Origin: Dehalococcoidia bacterium | Lineage (GTDB): Bacteria; Chloroflexota; Dehalococcoidia; Lucifugimonadales; UBA3495 | Reading direction: 5' to 3' | DNA: 32,000 nt | Assembly (NCBI GenBank): GCA_963665155.2 | Contig: CAXXFI010000001.1 | Coordinates: 760,558-792,557 of the forward strand | Shown: positions 25,802 to 32,000 of the stretch, piece after piece | How the letters are laid out: each line of letters starts with the position of its first letter | Position numbering within the stretch: the stretch's first letter is position 1 | Notes under the pieces: generated by a model | Databases searched by the model: none | What the model was told of the DNA's origin: nothing | What the model saw: the letters and a program-made list of their open reading frames with translations, nothing else | Position numbers and translations under genes: made by a program

Positions 25802-26623
25802 TCAGGCTTTTTGGAAATATTCTACCAGTGCTTGTATCAGGTTTCCCATATGGGGGTGGTCAGGCTCCACATCGACATGGATGCCCGCTTGCTTCATGCG
25901 CCGGGTGCAGACCGGTCCCACTGAAGCCACGGCCAGAGCTGGGCTTGCCAGACATTTCCGGAGTGAGCTTTCCTCGCCGGCTTCGGCTGCGATTTGTAAA
26001 AGATTGCCCACTTGGGGCTGGCTGGTAAACGCCAGAGCATCGATCTTGTTATCGGCCAGATCGTCTATGAGTTTAAGCACCGGACCCGTATCCTCTGGCA
26101 ACCCCCAGTTATAGACGGTAAATTCGCTTACCTGAGCGCCCAACTTGGTCAAGCCTTGGGTCAATATGTTGTTGGGGGCACCGTAGGCTTGCACTGCTAC
26201 CCGGCGGCCATCGAGGTCGAACTCCTTCACCGCAACGAGCAGTTCTTCCGAGGTGTAGGGTTCCGGAGGCATCAAGTCTATGTGGACCTTGTGCTGGCGT
26301 AGAATCCGGGCGGGCTTGGGACTACGAGCGAAGATGGTGCGCTGGTTCAAAGATGCGATGAACTCGTCCTGACGGCCCATTGAAGCTGCTGTTTCCACCA
26401 AGGCTTGGGTGCCCACGCCTGTAATGAGCACAACGACTTCGATGGTTCCTTGGCAAATGTCGTCGATGAGCTCGTGTAGCTCCGGGCTATCTTTCAAGTA
26501 AATTTCTTGGAGGACCGGCGCAGCGTAGGGAACCCCTCCGTGGCGCTCGATGAGAGAACCCATCTCCGAACGCATACGCGCTTCCACGTAGGCAATGACT
26601 TTTCCGTTTAATGACGCGGCCAT
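25802..26623 (-). CDS. hemD: Uroporphyrinogen-III synthase (HemD) family protein
   Basis: 273 aa. It has a two-lobed HemD-like pattern with ...VLITGVGT... and IDALAFTSQPQV. It lies downstream of sulfite reductase, a siroheme enzyme. Confidence 0.6.
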   Translation of the reverse strand: MAASLNGKVIAYVEARMRSEMGSLIERHGGVPYAAPVLQEIYLKDSPELHELIDDICQGTIEVVVLITGVGTQALVETAASMGRQDEFIASLNQRTIFARSPKPARILRQHKVHIDLMPPEPYTSEELLVAVKEFDLDGRRVAVQAYGAPNNILTQGLTKLGAQVSEFTVYNWGLPEDTGPVLKLIDDLADNKIDALAFTSQPQVGNLLQIAAEAGEESSLRKCLASPALAVASVGPVCTRRMKQAGIHVDVEPDHPHMGNLIQALVEYFQKA

Positions 26624-26733
26624 TAATTTATCTGTTTATCCTTTCGCTGGTATGTAAATAGTGCTCGCCACAGTCAGAATGATGCGGCGATAGAGTAGTT
26701 TTTCTGACCTTGTTCTCTGGTTTGGAAACAAGT

Positions 26734-26759
26734 GCGGCGGCAATAATAATCGCCGCCGC
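26734..26759 (-). terminator. GC-rich hairpin between sir and the hemD-like gene (possible weak terminator or processing site)
   Basis: gcggcggc aataataatc gccgccgc forms an 8-bp all-GC stem 52 nt downstream of the sir stop. On the minus strand only a weak U tract follows (acuuguuu). Confidence 0.35.
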
Positions 26760-26811
26760 TCTTTCCATGACTCGGAAAATTTCACATTGTTTGTCGGAGT
26801 GGACCGGGAGG

Positions 26812-28656
26812 CTAGACCATGCACTCGCCCTCGCCGCGCTCCAGCTTGTAGATGTTGCTTCTTTCCCAGTCGAAGTACAGGTCCGACCCTGCCTCAGCTT
26901 CCCTGGCCTTACCTTGGGCTTCGGCAGCCACTGCAGTCAGTTCTTCCAGGCCTACCCGGTCAAGAAAGTCGTTGAAACCTTCGGTGTCCTTCCGGTTCTT
27001 GTTGAAATACGAGGTGATTTCCCGAACGATGGAAGGGACAGACTTGGCTGGTACCTTCACCAAGGGTATGCGAGTGCCAATCCGCGAATCTTCGATTCGA
27101 CTGGACCCATAGTTGCCGCCCAAGAACAACTCGTAGGCGGGTATTTGCTGGCCGTCGGGGCCTTTAACCGCAGCGCCGTGGAAGCCGATGTTGGCAATGT
27201 GGTGCTGGCCGCAACCGTTTGGGCAGCCGCTGATTTTGATGCGCATTTTTTGAACTTCAGGGTCCTCCAGGAGGCCGTTCCAAGACGCTATCTCATCAGA
27301 AATTGCCTTGGACAATCCCATTGAGGACGTGATACCCAACTTGCAGCTATCAGTTCCCGGGCAAGACCCCACGTCGCTAATCGTCTCGGCGCCAGCCGCC
27401 GCAAGGCCAATGTCTTGTAACGCATGCCATACATCGTGCAGGTACCCGTCGGGAACATACCGTAAGGTCAGATTCTGTTCCAGCGATGCAACTGCCCGCC
27501 CTCCTGTGTAGCGGCGGACTATCCCAGCTAGAGCCTTGAACTGGGCGGATGTAAGATCGCCCCTGGTAACGGAAATATAAACCAGGTTGTAACCTTGTTG
27601 CCTTTGGGCTACCACGTTGCTGTTGTGCCACTTTTGATAGCCATCTCCGCCATTGTGGCCGTTGCTGGTGACTGCCGGTGGTTGAGGCGGGGTTTCCCGT
27701 TGCAACTCTTCGGCTGCCATGTAGGGTTTAGGGTCGATTGGGCCTATGTTTTCCAACTCGGCATCGACCAGTTCCCGGAAAGCGTCAAGACCGATCCTGT
27801 CGATCAGGACCTTTACCCGGGCCATCATCCGGTTCTTCCGCAGCATTTCGGCGTTATTGAATACGGTCCAGAGGGCTAATGTCACCCTCAAGTAGTCCTC
27901 TTCCGCCACAAAATCGTAAAGTGGTTTGGCCAGCTTGGGCATGATTGACGTGCCACCCCCGACGTATACCTTAAAACCTTTCTTTTGAACCCCGCCTTCA
28001 TCGCGGATTTGGGCCACGAACGTCAAGTCTTGAATGGCTGCTGCTACATGGTCGTGACCGTCGCAACCGGTGAAGGCCGACTTCCATTTGCGGGGGAAGT
28101 TCTGGCTGATGGGATGGCGGACACCAAAGCGCACGTAGGCCGTAAGGTAGGGAGTGGGATTGAACACCTCCCCAGTGCATACTCCCGCTGTGGGGGAGCC
28201 AATCACGTTGCGGACCGTGTTGCCGCAAGCTTCCCTGGTGGTTAGGCCAACGCTTCCCAGCATTCGCAGGACTTCGGGACAGCGGTCCAAAGGGATGTGG
28301 TGGTACTGGATGTTCTCTCGGGTGGTGATGTGGCCTCTGTCCAAGGGCGCATATTCCTTGGCTATGTCACCCAAAACATCAAGGGCTTCAGGTGTTAGTA
28401 TGCCGCCTGGGATTTTTACTCGGATCATCTGGGCGTCTGGCTGACGCTGTCCGTAAACACCCTGGCGCAAGCGGAAGGGCGTGAATTCAGCGACTTCCCT
28501 TTCACCGGCCTGGAAAGCGGCAGCCTCCTCTTCCAAGCGCTCAATCTCGTATTCGATATGAGGAATAATCCCCAAAGATGACTTGGATAGTTCCAAGCTC
28601 TCTTGGTAGATATCCTCTTGGTTTTTTATGTTGGGGTTTTCGGTCCGAGTACTCAA
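26812..28656 (-). CDS. sir: Ferredoxin-type sulfite reductase (nitrite/sulfite reductase hemoprotein family)
   Basis: 614 aa with a TTG start 5 nt after aggagg. The siroheme/4Fe-4S ligand motifs are CPGTDSCKLGI and SGCPNGCGQHH. TTRENIQYH and CGNTVRNV are also present. Sulfite (rather than nitrite) specificity is inferred from size and the Cys-rich leader. Confidence 0.85.
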   Translation of the reverse strand: MSTRTENPNIKNQEDIYQESLELSKSSLGIIPHIEYEIERLEEEAAAFQAGEREVAEFTPFRLRQGVYGQRQPDAQMIRVKIPGGILTPEALDVLGDIAKEYAPLDRGHITTRENIQYHHIPLDRCPEVLRMLGSVGLTTREACGNTVRNVIGSPTAGVCTGEVFNPTPYLTAYVRFGVRHPISQNFPRKWKSAFTGCDGHDHVAAAIQDLTFVAQIRDEGGVQKKGFKVYVGGGTSIMPKLAKPLYDFVAEEDYLRVTLALWTVFNNAEMLRKNRMMARVKVLIDRIGLDAFRELVDAELENIGPIDPKPYMAAEELQRETPPQPPAVTSNGHNGGDGYQKWHNSNVVAQRQQGYNLVYISVTRGDLTSAQFKALAGIVRRYTGGRAVASLEQNLTLRYVPDGYLHDVWHALQDIGLAAAGAETISDVGSCPGTDSCKLGITSSMGLSKAISDEIASWNGLLEDPEVQKMRIKISGCPNGCGQHHIANIGFHGAAVKGPDGQQIPAYELFLGGNYGSSRIEDSRIGTRIPLVKVPAKSVPSIVREITSYFNKNRKDTEGFNDFLDRVGLEELTAVAAEAQGKAREAEAGSDLYFDWERSNIYKLERGEGECMV

Positions 28657-28676
28657 GGGGGCCTCCTAATATGTGG

Positions 28677-28714
28677 GCAAAATAAAAAACCCGCCACTAA
28701 CGATCTTGGCGGGT
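28677..28714 (-). terminator. Intrinsic terminator inside the sir leader (attenuator segments 3:4)
   Basis: Minus-strand RNA is CCCGCCA AGAUCGUUAG UGGCGGG UUUUUUAUUUUG. The U tract ends about 15-20 nt before the sir RBS. Confidence 0.75.
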
Positions 28715-28761
28715 GCAGGACTGGCTGAATCGGTGTCTAAAGCAAAATTCGTCGCCTGCGC

Positions 28762-28815
28762 CCTATGTAGGCGGACAACAACAACAGGTGCAACAGATTC
28801 CGTTCACTAGCTTCA
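28762..28815 (-). CDS. Candidate Cys-rich leader peptide (17 aa) of the sir attenuator
   Basis: ATG AAG CTA GTG AAC GGA ATC TGT TGC ACC TGT TGT TGT TGT CCG CCT ACA TAG = MKLVNGICCTCCCCPPT*. Confidence 0.6.
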
Positions 28816-28824
28816 TTAATTAGG

Positions 28825-28853
28825 GAGTCTATCCCATAGGAAAGAGGGTGTCA
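28825..28853 (-). promoter_or_regulatory. Sigma70-like promoter for the sir leader
   Basis: Minus strand has TTGACA (28853-28848), a 17-nt spacer and TAGACT (28830-25). The leader ATG lies 9 nt after the -10. Confidence 0.45.
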
Positions 28854-28912
28854 ACAGTTGCCGCTGCAACTGCAAATGGCCGGTGGCGGCTTTAGGAATC
28901 AGGTCCTCGGCG

Positions 28913-28941
28913 ATTGACACGAAATATCAGCCGCAATAGTA
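28913..28941 (+). promoter_or_regulatory. Sigma70-like promoter for the divergent FAD-oxidoreductase gene
   Basis: TTGACA (28913-28918), a 17-nt spacer and TAGTAT (28936-28941). Confidence 0.4.
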
Positions 28942-29070
28942 TTATTCATGCCTATCAAGCCTACGGTTTTATCGACTTCCTAAGCGAACAGGTAGATATA
29001 CCGGTGGATGAATTGGTAATGCGGCAACTCGACCATATTGGGTTCTGCCGAACATCAAGGACAACAAGAC

Positions 29071-30237
29071 ATGAAACGATCAGCCGACGTAGTGATAATT
29101 GGCGGCGGGGTAATCGGTTGCAGTCTCCTTTACAACCTGGCAGATATGGGCATGGCCGACTCCCTGCTATTGGAAATGGATGTATTGGCCTCCGGTTCTA
29201 CGGGAAGGTCTCAAGCAATCTGCCGGATGCATTACTCCAACCCGGTCACCGCCTCAATGGCCTGGGAGAGCGTTAAAATTTTCGCCAACTTCGGAGATGC
29301 GGTTGGCGGCGCATCGGGTTTCGTCAAAACCGGCTATTTGGTGGTAGTGGAAGGCATCGAACGCGCGGGTCTGGAAAAGAACGTGGCTATGCAGCAAGAC
29401 CTGAACATTAGCACCAGCCAGGTTTCGGCTGCGGATTTACGGGAATTGGCCCCCATGGTAGCGGTGGATGAAACGGAGGTTTTGGCCTGGGAGCCGGAAT
29501 CGGGATACGCCGACCCCTACTTGGTCACAACCTCCTACGCTTCCAAGGCCAGAGACTTAGGGGCGGAGGTGGCCCAGAGAACACCGGTCTTGGGGATTGA
29601 AGTGTCCGGGGACCGGGTGCGCGCCGTGTTGACCCCGGAAGGCCGGGTGGAAACCAACACGGTGGTTGTGGCCGCGGGCCCGTGGTCCAAAATGGAAATG
29701 GCCAAGATTGGCGTGGACTTGCCGCTGATTCCGGTGCGTCATCAAGTCGCCTCTTTGATCCGGCCTGTGGACCAAGTGCCGGAGCATCCTACAGTCGGGG
29801 ACATTGCCCAGTCCTTCTCGTTCAGGCCCGATGGCTCGTCCATGACGTTAATGGGCTTCGGCGAAGATGAGGAAGTAGACCTGAACACCTACAATCAGGG
29901 CGTCGACATGAGCGCAGTCGCCGAATCCATGAGCAAATTGGCCCGGCGAATTCCGGCCATGGCCGATTGCTACTTCCGGGGCGGTTGGTCCGGCCTGTTC
30001 ACGACAACTCCCGATTGGCATCCGATCTTGGGCCGAGTGCCTGGAATTGAGGGTCTGTACTGTGCCGTAGGGTTTAGCGGTCACGGGTTCAAGCTATCTC
30101 CATTGATCGGCAAGACAATGGCGGAACTGATCCTCCACAGCCAGGCCAGTTCGGTGGATATTTCCCCGCTCCGCTATACGCGCTTCGCCGAGGGAGACTT
30201 GATCAACTCCAGCTACCGTTACCGGGTGTTGGCCTGA
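29071..30237 (+). CDS. FAD-dependent oxidoreductase (DAO family: sarcosine oxidase beta / glycine or D-amino-acid oxidase-like)
   Basis: ATG 29071; the ORF track starts at TTG 29038. The dinucleotide fold is DVVIIGGGVIGCS. Also VVVAAGPWS, and GFSGHGFKLSP near the C-terminus. Confidence 0.8.
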   Translation: MKRSADVVIIGGGVIGCSLLYNLADMGMADSLLLEMDVLASGSTGRSQAICRMHYSNPVTASMAWESVKIFANFGDAVGGASGFVKTGYLVVVEGIERAGLEKNVAMQQDLNISTSQVSAADLRELAPMVAVDETEVLAWEPESGYADPYLVTTSYASKARDLGAEVAQRTPVLGIEVSGDRVRAVLTPEGRVETNTVVVAAGPWSKMEMAKIGVDLPLIPVRHQVASLIRPVDQVPEHPTVGDIAQSFSFRPDGSSMTLMGFGEDEEVDLNTYNQGVDMSAVAESMSKLARRIPAMADCYFRGGWSGLFTTTPDWHPILGRVPGIEGLYCAVGFSGHGFKLSPLIGKTMAELILHSQASSVDISPLRYTRFAEGDLINSSYRYRVLA

Positions 30238-30324
30238 ACGAATCTTACGGGTTTCCAAGCATTTCCTCTAATCCTCAAATTCCTGTTAGTAAAGGGTACC
30301 CATTAAATTCGGGACGATCCTTCC

Positions 30325-31545
30325 ATGAATCGCTATTTGCGTATTTTTAGCCGTAAAAGCGTGGTGGCAGTTTTAATTACCCTGCTGGTGTTTACGGCGG
30401 GTATCGGCGATTTCCGCCCGTCCAGCTTCGACCTCACCGTCGCTCCCTACAAATACAGCCTGCTCAACTGGGAGACATCCCACTTTCTGGATAAGTGGTT
30501 CCACAAGCTTTTCGACCTCATGCCATGGACCACCGAGTTGTCCCGGGAAGAGCGGTTCACGCAGATCATTGAGTTTTTTGATCTTGGTGAAGAGGCAAGG
30601 GAGTTTGAGCGCCGGTTGCTGAACAGCCCTTCTGGCTGTGAGGCGGAAACGGGACTGCGGGCTGACATTGAAAGAATTTCCCAGCGAAGGGGTGAATTAC
30701 AAGCCGCAGTGGAGGAATCCATAGAGTCCGAGATCAGCAAAGTTCTGGCCGAAGAAGGATTCGCTTCCCGCATCGGACTGATATTCCCACCGGTGGACAC
30801 GGTGTTCGCCCGCTCGCCGGGGGTACTGATCCTTTCGCCCAGGGACCGCATACACCGGCAAGAGTCCATACTAATGAAACCGGGCTTGAACGGGGATATT
30901 CGGGACCGCATCGAAGACCGGATATTGGAGGACCGGAACCTAGCGGCGCTGGTGGAAAGCACCGGTGGCGTTGCTGTCTTTCCCAGCGTGGTTAGCGACT
31001 CCGGCGGGCTGCGTCACTCGGTGGTCACCGCAGCCCACGAGTGGCTGCACCACTGGTTCTTCTTCCAACCCTTGGGTCAGCACTTTTGGGACAACTCCGA
31101 TATGACCACCCTGAACGAGACGGCAGCAACTCTGGGCGGACAAGCCATCGGCGACCGGGTATTCACCGCCATCACCGGCGAGCAGGTCAGCCGCGACGCT
31201 GAACCGCCTGGTCCTGTGGACCCCGACGCCTTCAATTTCAACGACGAAATGCGTGAAACGCGCCTGCGAACCGAAGGATTACTGATGCAAGGCAAGATCG
31301 AAGAAGCAGAGGCTTACATGGAGGAGCGTCGCTTGTTCTTCGAGGAAAACCGGTTCCTGATTCGCAAAATCAACCAGGCATTCTTTGCTTTCCACGGCTC
31401 TTACGCCACCAGCGCAGCGTCGGTCAGCCCCATCGACGACCAATTGAGGCAACTGCAAAACCAAAGCGAGTCTCTGGAAGATTTTTTGAAGACAGTGGGC
31501 ACATTTGGCAGCTACGGGGAGTTTCTGGAGTATTTGGGGGGCTGA
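30325..31545 (+). CDS. Hypothetical membrane-anchored protein with an HExxH motif (putative zinc metallopeptidase)
   Basis: 406 aa. It has an N-terminal TM helix (VVAVLITLLVFTAGI) and the motif TAAHEWLHHW. No family was recognised by eye. Confidence 0.45.
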   Translation: MNRYLRIFSRKSVVAVLITLLVFTAGIGDFRPSSFDLTVAPYKYSLLNWETSHFLDKWFHKLFDLMPWTTELSREERFTQIIEFFDLGEEAREFERRLLNSPSGCEAETGLRADIERISQRRGELQAAVEESIESEISKVLAEEGFASRIGLIFPPVDTVFARSPGVLILSPRDRIHRQESILMKPGLNGDIRDRIEDRILEDRNLAALVESTGGVAVFPSVVSDSGGLRHSVVTAAHEWLHHWFFFQPLGQHFWDNSDMTTLNETAATLGGQAIGDRVFTAITGEQVSRDAEPPGPVDPDAFNFNDEMRETRLRTEGLLMQGKIEEAEAYMEERRLFFEENRFLIRKINQAFFAFHGSYATSAASVSPIDDQLRQLQNQSESLEDFLKTVGTFGSYGEFLEYLGG

Positions 31546-31547
31546 AG

Positions 31548-32000
31548 TTAGCCACCAAGCAGGCTGGGCGGCCGACCCCGCAATACTTGCTCCGCTTCGG
31601 CCACAATTCGCCGCACAATGTCTCCCGCAGGCTCAATTCTGCTGATTAGCCCCGAAGCGTTGCCCGCCCGCACTGGCGCAATGCTGGCGTCTTCAGCGGC
31701 GTCCGCGGTAGCGATTTCTTCCTGCAACACCCCTCGCCGGGCTACCACCTCGGCCTCTCGACCGTGCCATGTGTCGGTGAAGTTGTTGCGCAAAACCCGG
31801 TCGCCGACGGCCAACGGAAACGGAGCGTTGGACGCCAGATCGTAGACTTTCGTGAGAATGGTGTCGTCGGCGGTGGCTGCCACGACCTGGTCTTTAATCC
31901 ACTCGGCACCCGCCCATTCTTTGCTGGCGACGAACCTGGTTCCTATCCACACGGCATCTGCTCCAAGCATCAACGCCGCAGCCAGACCGCGACCGTCGGC
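31548..32000 (-). CDS. Nitronate monooxygenase / enoyl-ACP reductase II family protein, C-terminal part (continues beyond the window)
   Basis: The frame is open to the window edge. ...AALMLGADAVWIGTRFVASKE... is the conserved FMN-barrel motif of this family. The stop is at 31548-31550. Confidence 0.7.
   Translation of the reverse strand, partial: ADGRGLAAALMLGADAVWIGTRFVASKEWAGAEWIKDQVVAATADDTILTKVYDLASNAPFPLAVGDRVLRNNFTDTWHGREAEVVARRGVLQEEIATADAAEDASIAPVRAGNASGLISRIEPAGDIVRRIVAEAEQVLRGRPPSLLGG

Noticed and set aside
28657-28820. The sir leader as a known riboswitch (SAM-I, SAM-II or similar).
   Set aside because: I could not find the conserved cores of the SAM riboswitch classes that I remember. 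The Cys-rich uORF with overlapping alternative helices explains the terminator better. An Rfam scan is still advisable.
28914-29276. 120-aa plus-strand ORF starting in the sir/FAD-oxidoreductase intergenic region.
   Set aside because: It starts at a TTG inside the putative -35 element, overlaps the FAD-oxidoreductase gene out of frame, and matches no recognisable family. The ATG 29071 frame, with its DVVIIGGGVIGCS motif, is the real gene.

Overview
This is a moderately GC-rich bacterial chromosomal window. Hand counts on sample 60-nt lines give about 39/60 G+C in core genes. It carries mainly metabolic genes on both strands: acyl-CoA dehydrogenase, DUF1330, a PPOX-family protein, a tandem-rhodanese sulfurtransferase, acetyl-CoA synthetase, a Uma2 endonuclease, an AT-richer orphan UvrD-like helicase, a decaying MoxR/DUF58/membrane-protein operon, gamma-glutamyltransferase, an AhpE-like peroxiredoxin, an alpha/beta hydrolase, a HAD-type dehalogenase, two LLM oxidoreductases, a disrupted TPR gene, pstSCAB, a small membrane protein, a hemD-like gene, ferredoxin-type sulfite reductase, an FAD oxidoreductase, an HExxH membrane protein and a partial nitronate monooxygenase. 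I recognised no rRNA, tRNA, CRISPR array, transposase or integrase. Five things stand out. (1) Directly upstream of sulfite reductase there is a 17-codon leader ORF with six Cys codons (MKLVNGICCTCCCCPPT), followed by mutually exclusive antiterminator and terminator helices. This is a candidate cysteine-sensing transcription attenuator. (2) The rhodanese gene is interrupted only by a TGA at the catalytic Cys position (VYTY-TGA-QGGIRAA), followed by a SECIS-like hairpin. This is a candidate selenocysteine rhodanese. (3) Two unrelated small cassettes (hicBA and Uma2) each sit just after an intact gene and are followed by a degenerate duplicate of that gene's 3' end. (4) There are several pseudogenisation scars: a hicA nonsense codon, a 5-bp tandem duplication in DUF58, a nonsense codon plus 2-nt insertion in the TPR gene, and convergent truncated helicase and tgpA-like genes. 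(5) There are three families of short intergenic repeats, including STRR-like heptamer arrays. All functional calls rest on motif recognition by eye. No database search was possible.
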